Source: an uncultured Acidobacteriota bacterium | GTDB taxonomy: Bacteria > Acidobacteriota > Terriglobia > Acidiferrales > UBA7541 | Direction: 5' to 3' | Length of the DNA stretch: 64,000 bases | NCBI GenBank assembly: GCA_963792515.1 | Contig: CAWBWG010000007.1 | Span: forward strand, 48,171-112,170 | Part shown: one piece after another, positions 44,200-53,095 of the stretch | How positions within the stretch are numbered: position 1 is the first letter of the stretch | Layout of the letters: each line of letters begins with the position of its first letter | Notes under the pieces: generated by a model | What the model saw: the letters and a program-made list of their open reading frames with translations, nothing else | Told to the model about the DNA's origin: nothing | Databases searched by the model: none | Position numbers and translations under genes: made by a program

Positions 44200-44975
44200 C
44201 GCTCAAGCTCCGGATGAATCGCGCGAAGCAGCGCCCGAGCGCCATCAACAAGCGGCGGCCCCGGCGTGTTCAGCAATTCATCGCGGATTACGATCACGCG
44301 GCGATTCTTAATGGCGGGCACATCGCGCCAGCGCGGATTTCCGAGCGCGCGGCTAGGATCGGCGCGTTCGCCCGTCGCGGTCCATGCCAAAATGATTATA
44401 TCCGGCGCGGCCTTCGCCACCTGCGCGTCACTCACGCGCTCGCCGGCCGGCACCACCATTCCGCCGCCAGCGAGTTTCACAAGTTCCGCCACCCACGGCG
44501 GCGAACTGATTCGCGGATTGGGCCAAGCCTCGCAATAAACGCGCGGCCGCGATTTTGCCCGCACTGCCCGGCGGCTGATTTCAGCAAATTGTTTCTGCAT
44601 CCGCGAAACAACTTTCGCTGCGGCTGCTGTGCGATTCGTCAGGCCGCCAACGCGATAAATATCAGCGTAAATATTTTCGAGGCTGCGAGGATTTAGGGCG
44701 ACGAATGTGGCCGGAAGTTTCAGTAACTCCGAAACGACTTCCGGACGGAAGGGAACTGAGCCAATGATTATGCTCGGGCGCAGGGCTGCGACCTCGCGGA
44801 TATCCAGGGTCCAGCAATCACCGACGCGCCGCAATCGGCTGATGGGAGCAACATCGGCGCACCACTTGCTGACGCCGGCCAAATTTCGTCCCGCACCGAT
44901 CGCAAACAGAATGGAAGTCGCATCGGGTGCGAGCGAGACAATTCGTTCTTCAAATTTTCCGTGGCGGCGGGCCAT
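44196..44975 (-). CDS. periplasmic-binding-protein fold (BtuF/cobalamin- or siderophore-type) protein
   Basis: ATG at 44975 (MARRHGKFEERIVSLAPDATSILFAIGAGRNLAGVSKWC..PDIIILAWTATGERAD..). The track ORF extension to 45206 is translated REP sequence. Confidence 0.6.
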   Translation of the reverse strand: MARRHGKFEERIVSLAPDATSILFAIGAGRNLAGVSKWCADVAPISRLRRVGDCWTLDIREVAALRPSIIIGSVPFRPEVVSELLKLPATFVALNPRSLENIYADIYRVGGLTNRTAAAAKVVSRMQKQFAEISRRAVRAKSRPRVYCEAWPNPRISSPPWVAELVKLAGGGMVVPAGERVSDAQVAKAAPDIIILAWTATGERADPSRALGNPRWRDVPAIKNRRVIVIRDELLNTPGPPLVDGARALLRAIHPELER

Positions 44976-45018
44976 GACGGTTTTGATTTTACCCACAAGC
45001 CGCCGAATCGCGCACTCG

Positions 45019-45172
45019 TAGCGCAGGCAGCCTGCCGGCGTTTTTGATTTTTCGCCGCAATGCTCCAGCGCTCCGCCATCAATGCGACCGCCGTCATACC
45101 GCGCCGTCCCGACCACGCTCCACGCACCAACGCCATCGCCGCGCAAAAACGTCGGCGGGCCGCCTGCGCCAC
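45019..45172. repeat. about 155-nt REPIN/MITE-like element, family 1, copy 2
   Basis: GTAGCGCAGGCAGCCTGCCGGCGTTTTTG (45019-45047) and a degenerate inverted end CAAAAACGTCGGCGGGCCGCCTGCGCCAC (45144-45172). Confidence 0.7.
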
Positions 45173-45213
45173 GAAGCCGCGGCGCGGCGGAGGTGAAAGT
45201 CGACATGCAAATA

Positions 45214-45699
45214 CTACATTTGGCGGCGCGGCTTCTGTTTTTTCGAGATGGAACGAATGATGAGCTTGCCTTTTCCGCTGCGTGGCAAGGGCGTCTCGCC
45301 CTGGGCTATCGCGGCGGCGATCAATTCCTCCACCTCGGCACGCGCCAGTGTGGCCGTGGACTCAAGCCGGATAAATCGATTCTGGCTGCCGCCGCCTTGC
45401 AGCAACTTATGCGGATCGGGAAGCGTCGCGCCATAGTAGAACGACAGGCCCTCTCCGTGCGCTGCGGCCGCGATGGAGACGATGCAATCCGAAGGCCGCT
45501 CCGTCGAACAATACCCGATTACGAAAAAATTGTAATTGTCATAAACTAGTTCATTGGCTGTCGGCAGCCGTTTGCGCAGCGCCTTGCGCACCGAGCGAAT
45601 CAACGCGGCGTTCTTCGCGTCGAACTTGCCGATGAATCCCGCGAGCTGTTTCTCGTTCGAGGCTGCCGGTTTCGAAACTGCTTTTGTGGCGCTCGACAT
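45214..45699 (-). CDS. DUF1801-like (YdhG-like) domain protein
   Basis: ATG at 45699. ..QLAGFIGKFDAKNAALIRSVRKALRKRLPTANELVYDNYNFFVIGY... Family call is from memory. Confidence 0.45.
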   Translation of the reverse strand: MSSATKAVSKPAASNEKQLAGFIGKFDAKNAALIRSVRKALRKRLPTANELVYDNYNFFVIGYCSTERPSDCIVSIAAAAHGEGLSFYYGATLPDPHKLLQGGGSQNRFIRLESTATLARAEVEELIAAAIAQGETPLPRSGKGKLIIRSISKKQKPRRQM

Positions 45700-45776
45700 G
45701 TTTGCGCACCCGCCTTTTAAGTCCCGCCCCAATGGCGGTTAGTATAAGGCCTTTTGCGCGCTTCGAGATTCCGCAA

Positions 45777-46550
45777 CTAAGTTCGTTCTGCCGCGAGCCG
45801 TGGTGAATCGAGCTGCGCCGCAGTGTGAGCCTGACGCAGTTTATAAAGCGACGCGAGGTGGAACAAAATCGAAAGCGGCACCAGGAACACTGGAATGATC
45901 ACCAACGGAAATGCGCCGATGAGCGTATTCGGCCTATCGAACGCCAGTCTCTGGAGCTGCGAGGGCGCCGACAGGAAACCGGTGGTCAACGCCACGGTCA
46001 AATCGGCGAGGCCCAGGAAATTCCAGGCGCGCACAAGGCCCGCCGCATTGCCCCGCCGCCGCGCGTAGACGATGGCGGCGATCGGCGCGAGGAGCCCGAC
46101 GGCTATGTCGCCGAAGCCGGCCGGCAGAGCGAATTCCGCCGGCGCGAGGCCCAGCGCAAAAACGACGAGAAAAAGTAATCCCTCCACGCGGTACAATTGC
46201 ACTCCGACGAGCCACTCTTGCGGAACCGCTTCAACGGCACGCTTCAGCAGCGGCCAGCGCCAGAAAAGAATAAGTCCCACGACGATCGGAATCAGCAGGC
46301 CGTATTGAATTGTGGGTATACGGAAAGAGGCTGTGCGGAAAAACCCGTAGGTGGAGAGCAGCAGCTCTGCCACGAACCAAACGCTCAGGAGCGCCATAAT
46401 CCCCACCGTTGCTCGCGTGCGATCGCGATGCGGCCATTGCGCTGCGGTGAGTGCGCGTTGCAAGCCATAGGCTATCGCGGCCAGAACGGCCACGGCGCCT
46501 GCCACTATCGTCAAAGTGAAAGTCCCGAACAGCGCGTTGTTCATATTCAC
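45777..46550 (-). CDS. integral membrane protein, hypothetical (about 7 TM segments)
   Basis: 257-aa hydrophobic ORF. AAAGGAGG precedes the ATG at 46550. Confidence 0.6.
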   Translation of the reverse strand: MNMNNALFGTFTLTIVAGAVAVLAAIAYGLQRALTAAQWPHRDRTRATVGIMALLSVWFVAELLLSTYGFFRTASFRIPTIQYGLLIPIVVGLILFWRWPLLKRAVEAVPQEWLVGVQLYRVEGLLFLVVFALGLAPAEFALPAGFGDIAVGLLAPIAAIVYARRRGNAAGLVRAWNFLGLADLTVALTTGFLSAPSQLQRLAFDRPNTLIGAFPLVIIPVFLVPLSILFHLASLYKLRQAHTAAQLDSPRLAAERT

Positions 46551-46725
46551 GACCTCCTTTGATTCTCCGCCCCTACCTACATAGATGTATATACATCTAT
46601 CTGGGGTTCAGGAAAGTTCATCGAAGATCCCGCTCTGTTGGCAGCTCGAGTAGCACATGAACTCTTGCGTGTGCCGGTCGCCGCGGTAGCAGGGGAAACT
46701 CAGAAGGCTGAAATGACGCAGTCAG

Positions 46726-47838
46726 TCAATTCGCGAGAAGCAAAACCCGCTCCAACAATTCATCCGCAAATTTCTGCCGTTCCTCGAAAAATGGAAAATG
46801 TCCCGAATGCTTGAACCAAACCACTTCCTTCTGCGGCGCATTGATGCTTTCACTGTATTCCTGAGTTAGCGAGGAAAGGCAGAAGGTATCGTGGCGTCCT
46901 TCAAAAAAGAAAATCGGCGTTCGAAAATCGGGGCCGAGTTTCTCGAGATCGACATTCATCAATTGCGGAAGCATCGGGCTGCCGGACATCTGGACGCCTC
47001 GGACAAAGCTGAAATCATCGCGGAGAGAATATTCAGGTGTCGACACCACGTCCTTTAGAATGCGCGGTAGGTCGGTGAAGTCGGGGGTGTCGGCAGGGGG
47101 CCCGAGCAACTGCGCCTCCCACCCTCTGGCGATGCTTTGTTTTTTGAAGTCCACGCTCGGCGGAGGATATGGTGCGATGCTTTCCAGTTCCGTCACCGCT
47201 TGTTCATTGTGATTTTCGCGTGCTTGCCGCAGAGCTTCCTCATAGCCCGTTGCGTCATTTTTCGCCATGCTCACGACTTGCCCCGTGCCAACATACGCGT
47301 AAATCAGTTCCGGGTGCTGGTGCGCGAGCCAGAGACCGAGAATACTGCCCCAGGAGTGGCCGACGATAAATATTTTCTCGCGTTTGAATCGTGCGCGAAG
47401 ATAGTTCACCACTTCGAGGGTGTCTTGTTCCATTTGGGGGATATTCATGGTGCTGCGTAGTGCTTCTCTATCGCTGGAAGTGTAAGTCTTGCCTGCTCCG
47501 CGTTGATCCCATTGCACGACGGTGAAGTGTTTTTCCCATTCGCCATCAAACGAGCCGGCCAGTGGAATGAAAGCGATTCCAGGGCCGCCGTGGATGAAAA
47601 GAAGAATTGGATTGTTGACGTCTTGCCCGCGCACTTCGATCCATTGTTCGATGCCGCCGATGCGCACCGCCTCGAGGCTGTCGATGCCGTTTGCGGAAGT
47701 GATGGCGCGGGCTTCGGCGGTTTTGTGTTGCAGATATTTTCGATAGAGCAGGGCAGAGGAAAGCAGCGCGACGACGAAAACGGCTATGGTAATGGCGGCA
47801 TACTTGAGAATCTTTTTGATCATGCGTCGCGTCCTCAC
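46726..47838 (-). CDS. alpha/beta hydrolase (proline iminopeptidase-like), N-terminally anchored
   Basis: HGGPG oxyanion-type motif (LFIHGGPGIAF), nucleophile elbow GHSWGS, and an N-terminal TM segment. Confidence 0.8.
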   Translation of the reverse strand: MRTRRMIKKILKYAAITIAVFVVALLSSALLYRKYLQHKTAEARAITSANGIDSLEAVRIGGIEQWIEVRGQDVNNPILLFIHGGPGIAFIPLAGSFDGEWEKHFTVVQWDQRGAGKTYTSSDREALRSTMNIPQMEQDTLEVVNYLRARFKREKIFIVGHSWGSILGLWLAHQHPELIYAYVGTGQVVSMAKNDATGYEEALRQARENHNEQAVTELESIAPYPPPSVDFKKQSIARGWEAQLLGPPADTPDFTDLPRILKDVVSTPEYSLRDDFSFVRGVQMSGSPMLPQLMNVDLEKLGPDFRTPIFFFEGRHDTFCLSSLTQEYSESINAPQKEVVWFKHSGHFPFFEERQKFADELLERVLLLAN

Positions 47839-47995
47839 TTTTTCATACGCAGGGACTGACGGATTAGTTCCACTGGCAAATTGATTGAGCGCGAGGCGGC
47901 GGTTTTAGTACCACAGGCACCCTTAGACTGTGGATTTTTTGCGATTTGACGCAGCGGTGGATATTAGGGCGCGCTTAGGCGAAAATTGCTGCGGA

Positions 47996-48019
47996 CACAG
48001 CCAGGAGTGGCTGTGCTAC
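47996..48019 (-). repeat. REP unit, family 3 (single)
   Basis: The reverse complement is GTAGCACAGCCACTCCTGGCTGTG (hairpin CACAGCC/GGCTGTG). It is translated as the spurious N-terminus of track ORF 47986..48414. Confidence 0.75.
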
Positions 48020-48021
48020 AA

Positions 48022-48414
48022 ATGCCAAAGCAAAGCGGCGTCATAAACTTCGATACGGTGCGAAAGGTTGGGTTGACTCTGCCCGGAGTGGAGGAGAGCA
48101 CCTGTTACGGACAACCCGCGCTGAAAATTCACGGCAACCTACTAGCCTGTCTGCCGTCCCATCGCTCGGTCGAACCCGGCACGCTTGTGGTTCGCGTAGA
48201 CTTCGCGGATCGCGCCCAATTACTGGCTGAGGCTCCGGACGTCTACTATCTGACGGACCACTACGTGGATTACAACGGAGTGCTCGTTCGATTTTCGCGC
48301 ATCAATCCCGATGTACTGCGCGACCTGCTAGGCATGGCCTACAAATTTGTGACCCGCAAGGCGGCAGCCAAATCGGCGGCACCGAAAAGTCGAAAACCGA
48401 AGGCAAGAAAATAA
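48022..48414 (+). CDS. MmcQ/YjbR family protein
   Basis: ATG at 48022. ..VRKVGLTLPGVEESTCYGQPALKIHGNLLACLP..LVVRVDF..VYYLTDHYVDYNGVLVRFSRI... Family call is from memory. Confidence 0.5.
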   Translation: MPKQSGVINFDTVRKVGLTLPGVEESTCYGQPALKIHGNLLACLPSHRSVEPGTLVVRVDFADRAQLLAEAPDVYYLTDHYVDYNGVLVRFSRINPDVLRDLLGMAYKFVTRKAAAKSAAPKSRKPKARK

Positions 48415-48577
48415 ACTTTTGATTTCCTTCGCACTACGGAGGACTGCCGAGTCTGTCTGCGAGCGCCAGCAGCAGGCCCTCAGCGGCTAAAGCCGGACTA
48501 ATTTTTGCGGCGGTTGCGGCATGGCTAAAGTCATGCCCTGACAAAACTGGCAAGGCTTTACGCGGACTCTCTCGTGT

Positions 48578-51286
48578 TTATTCCTCGCGCAGGGCTTGTA
48601 GTGGATCGATCGTGGCCGACCTGCGAGCCGGCAAGTAGCACGCGAGCATAGCCACCCCAGCAAGCAGCAGCGGTGCGCCAATCAGCAACAACGGATCGGT
48701 CGTGCCGAAGCGAAGTGCGTCCACAAACATGCTGGCCAGCGCAGCCAGAACTTTTGCCATCGCGATCGCTCCCAAAAATCCCAGCACCGTTCCCACCGTG
48801 ACAAGCGCCGCACCTTCGCGAAGCACCAACCGCACCACCTGCCCGCGCGTCGCGCCCAGCGCCGTCCGGATGGCGATTTCCTTGCGCCGTTGCGCAACTG
48901 CGTACGCGGTAATCCCGGCGAGTCCGATGGCGGCCAACACCAAGCCGAACACTCCGATCCCCGCATAAGATTGCGCGGAGAAGCGCAGCGAAGCCCGGCT
49001 GCGATCCAGATAATCGCTCAGCGTTTGCACATTCAAGATATTCAGATTCGGATCGATGAATTCGATTTCCTTACGAATGCCGCTCAGCGCATCCGCGCGG
49101 GCATCCGAGCGCACCAGAACCGTGATTCCGCCGGCCGACGGCCGCGCAAAATCGCGAGGCGTCAACGGCAAATAAATGATGGATTCGCTCACGCCCTGGA
49201 CATCTTTCATGTCGCGAACCACGCCCACGATTTCATAGGATTGCTTGTCGTCGCGAACGCGCTTGCCGATCGCATTTTCATTTCCGAAAAGCCGGTGTTC
49301 CGCGCGCTCGTTCAGCACCGCGGGCAAGGTGATCGCCGGCGATCCATCCGGCTGGCCGCGTTGATCGCGCTCCTCAAACTCGCGCCCGGCCAGCATCGAC
49401 TCGCCCAGCACGCCGAAATAGCCCGCGCCCACAATTTGTTCCTCCACCGGCTGCTGCACGCGCGTGGAGTCCGTCGAACTTAAGGTGCTCAGCGGCGTGA
49501 CATCAATGCCCGCCGAAAACGGAGGTTCCGCCGTCAGCGCGATGCTGCTCACCGGCGCGGAAGCCTTGAGCCGGTCAGTCAGTTTCGCGAACAGCGCCTG
49601 CGCTTTTTCCGGCGCGTAGCCGTCGCGCACCGGATCGAGAGACAAAAGATACATCGAGTGCGGATCAACTTTAGTTTCGATGCTGGTTCCTTTGCTGATT
49701 CCGATAACCAGGAATCCAGTCATCAACAAGAGCATGAGCGACGCCGCCACCTGCGACACCATCAGCAAATTGCGCAGACCAAATCGCCGGTGCCCCGGCA
49801 ATCGCAGCGCCGATCCTTCTTTCAGCGCCGGCACCACTTCGGCTTTCGTCGCTTGCAGAGCAGGGAATAGGGAGAATCCAATGCCACAGAGAATCGCCAC
49901 GCCAAAGGCAAAAAATGCCGCGCGCCATCCGAGACTGAAATCGGACTCGATCGGTATCGTCAACGGCGGCGCAAAATGAGAATTCAACACCGAGAGCCCG
50001 TACGCCAGCACGAATCCGGCGATGCCACCGAGCAGCGAAAGCAAGATGCCCTCGCTGATCATCTGCCGCACCAAACGAAATCGGCTGGCTCCTACCGCCA
50101 GACGAATCGCAAATTCCTTTCGCCGGTTGGCCCCGCGCGCAATGAGCATATTCGCCAGATTCATGCACGCCAGCGCAATTACCAATCCCATCAGCGCCAG
50201 AAAAAATCCCATGATCACGGGCTTCAATTTTCGCGGAACCGGCGCGCTGGTTCCTCCGAACAGCAGCGCAATGCGCCGCCCCTTGTCAATTCGCGATGAA
50301 TAAGCGGGATCCTGCTCATCCATCCGGCGAATGATCGCGTCGAGCCCGGCTTCTGCGGACTCAATCGTGACCCCCGGCGCAAGGCACAGGATCGGCAAGA
50401 ATTCCCGGGCGTAAGGCTGCTGTAACACGTCGTTGGCCAGTTCCGGAGCGATCCCGGCAGGCGCGGTCGTCGGGACAAATAGCTCGGACGGGTTCACCGC
50501 CAACACGCCATTGAAATTCTTCGGAGTGATTCCCACGATGGTAGCCAATTGCCCATTCACGCGCAGGATTTGCCCCACGGCGTTCGGAGAAGAGTTCAGG
50601 CGATTGCGCCAGAAACGATCGCTGATCACCACTACGGGCTCTTCGCCGCTCTTGTCGATCGCGTCGTTCAGCACTCGACCTTGCTGCGCTTGCACGCCCA
50701 GCACCGAAAAATAATCCGGCGAAACAATTTGCCCGAATACGCGCTCAGGCTTCGCATTCAAATCGCCTTGAAACGTCACATTGAACGGCACGCCAGTCTT
50801 GATTGCAGCCGCACCGCTGAAAAGACTCTTCTGTTGGCGAAACTGCTCGATGTAGTAATACGACTGGGGAGCGAGGTCAGCATCCTCCGACGCCTGAATC
50901 AACACCACGCGTTCGGCATTTGCCGCCGCAGGCATCTCGCGAAATAGCAGCATCCATTTCGTGCTGTAGACGTTGGTGGTCAGCCCAATTCCCAGTCCCA
51001 TCGAAATAATCCCGACGAGCGCAAATCCCGGCGACTTGAGCAGCGCCCGCCATCCATAACGCATGTCGCCGCGCATCTCGCTCAAGTATTCGATCGGCAC
51101 GCGAATCGCGATGTCAGCGATCAACCGGGTCAGCCCGAAAATTCCGTGCCTCTTGGCGATTTCTTCCACGACGTCCTCCCCGAGCTGCATCATCTCGGGC
51201 CCGTAAGCCAATTTGAATTCGTGGGGAAAAGCCTGCGCCAGCCGGCGGTAAATCCGCAGCGCAAGATTCATCCCGTCGCCGCTCAT
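48578..51286 (-). CDS. duplicated FtsX/MacB-type ABC permease (ADOP family)
   Basis: About 900 aa with two FtsX-like 4-TM modules. N-terminal block RIYRRLAQAFPHEFKLAYGPEMMQ..DMRYGWRALLKSPGFALVGIISMGLGIG. The ATG at 51286 overlaps the PadR stop (ATGA). Confidence 0.85.
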   Translation of the reverse strand: MSGDGMNLALRIYRRLAQAFPHEFKLAYGPEMMQLGEDVVEEIAKRHGIFGLTRLIADIAIRVPIEYLSEMRGDMRYGWRALLKSPGFALVGIISMGLGIGLTTNVYSTKWMLLFREMPAAANAERVVLIQASEDADLAPQSYYYIEQFRQQKSLFSGAAAIKTGVPFNVTFQGDLNAKPERVFGQIVSPDYFSVLGVQAQQGRVLNDAIDKSGEEPVVVISDRFWRNRLNSSPNAVGQILRVNGQLATIVGITPKNFNGVLAVNPSELFVPTTAPAGIAPELANDVLQQPYAREFLPILCLAPGVTIESAEAGLDAIIRRMDEQDPAYSSRIDKGRRIALLFGGTSAPVPRKLKPVIMGFFLALMGLVIALACMNLANMLIARGANRRKEFAIRLAVGASRFRLVRQMISEGILLSLLGGIAGFVLAYGLSVLNSHFAPPLTIPIESDFSLGWRAAFFAFGVAILCGIGFSLFPALQATKAEVVPALKEGSALRLPGHRRFGLRNLLMVSQVAASLMLLLMTGFLVIGISKGTSIETKVDPHSMYLLSLDPVRDGYAPEKAQALFAKLTDRLKASAPVSSIALTAEPPFSAGIDVTPLSTLSSTDSTRVQQPVEEQIVGAGYFGVLGESMLAGREFEERDQRGQPDGSPAITLPAVLNERAEHRLFGNENAIGKRVRDDKQSYEIVGVVRDMKDVQGVSESIIYLPLTPRDFARPSAGGITVLVRSDARADALSGIRKEIEFIDPNLNILNVQTLSDYLDRSRASLRFSAQSYAGIGVFGLVLAAIGLAGITAYAVAQRRKEIAIRTALGATRGQVVRLVLREGAALVTVGTVLGFLGAIAMAKVLAALASMFVDALRFGTTDPLLLIGAPLLLAGVAMLACYLPARRSATIDPLQALREE

Positions 51287-51636
51287 TCCGTCACCGGCGC
51301 TTGCGTCATGCGGATACTGTGAACTAATTCCTGCAAGCGCTGGCATTCCGCGTCGAGGACGTTCTTGCCAAGCGCTGTCAGCCGGTAATAGCGCCGCCGC
51401 GCGTCGTCCAGTTCGGGAGCGGGCCGTTCGTCGGATTCCACGATCAGCTCGGCCTCAATCAGCCGCTTAATCGACCCATATAAGGTAGCGGGCCAAAGCC
51501 GCACTTTGCCGCGCGTGCGATGCAGGACGTCCTGCATGATCCCGTAACCATGCTGCTCCCCACCGGCGAGGGACAGCAAAATGTGGAACCACTGCGGTTT
51601 AAGTGGCAGAAAACGCTGGATATTGGCATCAGTCAT
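51283..51636 (-). CDS. PadR family transcriptional regulator
   Basis: LKPQWFHILLSLAGGEQHGYGIMQDVLHRTRGKVRLWPATLYGSIKRLIEAELI. Confidence 0.85.
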   Translation of the reverse strand: MTDANIQRFLPLKPQWFHILLSLAGGEQHGYGIMQDVLHRTRGKVRLWPATLYGSIKRLIEAELIVESDERPAPELDDARRRYYRLTALGKNVLDAECQRLQELVHSIRMTQAPVTE

Positions 51637-51643
51637 GAGAGTA

Positions 51644-51673
51644 TCTATATCGTATCATATATATACGTGTCAA
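51644..51673 (-). promoter_or_regulatory. candidate sigma-70-type promoter giving a leaderless PadR-ADOP transcript
   Basis: On the minus strand: TTGACA (51673-51668), an 18-nt spacer, TATAGA (51649-51644), 7 nt, then the ATG at 51636. No Shine-Dalgarno sequence is visible. Confidence 0.35.
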
Positions 51674-51705
51674 GAGGAGATTTGGCCAGGCATGAGAGAT
51701 CTATA

Positions 51706-51754
51706 TTCGTAGGGGCCGGGGTTTACTACCGGCCCGCTCTGGCTTTGGGTTTTC
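51706..51754 (+). repeat. 49-nt GTAG-headed REP, family 4, copy 2
   Basis: TTCGTAGGGGCCGGGGTTTACTACCGGCCCGCTCTGGCTTTGGGTTTTC. Confidence 0.85.
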
Positions 51755-51958
51755 GCATTTGACGTTTCCGTAGCAGGGGAGCTCGGTCGATCCGAACGCA
51801 GCCGGGACCGGCAACACCCGACTTCTCCTGCAACCTCTGTAGCCGCTGAAACACGCTCTCCGCGAACAACTCGACAAACTCCGCTCTAGTCGATTTAAAC
51901 CGCTCTGGCCCCCAAAATCCCTACAATATTCGCGCCCGTCACCCGTCTTCAGGAGTAG

Positions 51959-52540
51959 ATGGATGAATCATCGAGCATCGCCGCGATGACCGAGCAAGAC
52001 CGACGCATCTCCGAAGTCGTCGCGGGACAAGAGTCGCGGCTTCGCAATTTCATCCGCCGGCGCGTGCCCAATCCCGCCGACGCCGAAGACATCGTGCAGG
52101 AGGTCTTCTACGAACTGGTGGAAGCCAATCGCCTGCTGATGCCCATCGAGCACGTAACCGGCTGGCTGTTCCGCGTAGCCCGAAATCGCATCATCGATCT
52201 TTTCCGCAAAAGGAAGCCGGAGACATCCAGCGATGCATCGATCGCGGACGAAGAAGGCGAGCTACTCCGAATTGAAGACTTGTTGCCGTCGCCCGATGCC
52301 GGCCCGGAAGCGCAATACGCCCGCAACGTGCTGCTGGATGAACTGGAGTTTGCGTTGAGCGAATTGCCGGATGACCAGCGCGAAGTATTTGTCGCGCATG
52401 AGCTCGAAGGGCGCAGCTTCAAAGAGCTATCGGCAGAAAGCGGCGTGAGCGTCAACACGCTACTTTCCCGCAAGCGCTATGCGGTGCTGCAGCTTCGCGA
52501 ACATTTGCGGAATGTTTACGACGAGTTCACCAGGAAATAA
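51959..52540 (+). CDS. ECF-type RNA polymerase sigma-70 family factor
   Basis: ..RLRNFIRRRVPNPADAEDIVQEVFYELV (region 2) and ..QREVFVAHELEGRSFKELSAESGVSVNTLLSRKRYAVLQLR (region 4). Confidence 0.85.
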   Translation: MDESSSIAAMTEQDRRISEVVAGQESRLRNFIRRRVPNPADAEDIVQEVFYELVEANRLLMPIEHVTGWLFRVARNRIIDLFRKRKPETSSDASIADEEGELLRIEDLLPSPDAGPEAQYARNVLLDELEFALSELPDDQREVFVAHELEGRSFKELSAESGVSVNTLLSRKRYAVLQLREHLRNVYDEFTRK

Positions 52541-52550
52541 GGAAGGTCAC

Positions 52551-52892
52551 ATGAGAAAACGAAAGTTGTTATTCATTGTGCTGGCTCCCTTCGCACTCGC
52601 GCTGTTCATCTTCATCGGCGGCGAAGTAGTCATGCGTTTGTGGAACTGGCTCGCACCGACACTCTTTGGATGGCGGCAAATGACTTTTTGGCAAGCCTTC
52701 GGGCTGCTGGCGCTTTGCCGCATCTTGTTCGGAGGCGTCAGTGGCCGCGGCGTTGGGCGGCGGGGATTTCGGGGGCGCATAGATGAACGGTGGGAGCGAA
52801 TGACGCCGGAAGAGCGCGAGAAATTCCGCCAAGGCATGCGCGCCCGCTGCGGCTTCGGCGAACCGGAAAGCGGAACGAAAGCGCCGGCGTGA
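52551..52892 (+). CDS. small membrane protein co-transcribed with the ECF sigma gene (possible anti-sigma or accessory protein)
   Basis: ATG at 52551 preceded by AAGGAAGG. Two hydrophobic segments and an Arg/Gly-rich tail. Confidence 0.5.
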   Translation: MRKRKLLFIVLAPFALALFIFIGGEVVMRLWNWLAPTLFGWRQMTFWQAFGLLALCRILFGGVSGRGVGRRGFRGRIDERWERMTPEEREKFRQGMRARCGFGEPESGTKAPA

Positions 52893-53095
52893 CGGTCTCG
52901 CGTTGCGTCACGCCCGTGTTCAGGTATCGCGCGACTTCGCTTTGTTTTATACCGTGGGAGCCGCCAAATTTATGCGGGGGAAGGAGCGCTTCGGCGCTTC
53001 GGAAATAGCGCCACAGCACTGAGATGCGCTTTAGCGCTGGGCCTGATGTCGCCAACTCGAACGTGCGACTCACATCGCATCGCACATTCGCTAAA

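Noticed and set aside
44976-45206. N-terminal 77 codons of ORF 44196..45206, and the first 12 codons of ORF 47986..48414
   Set aside because: They are translations of REP elements (family 1 and family 3). The true starts are at 44975 and 48022.
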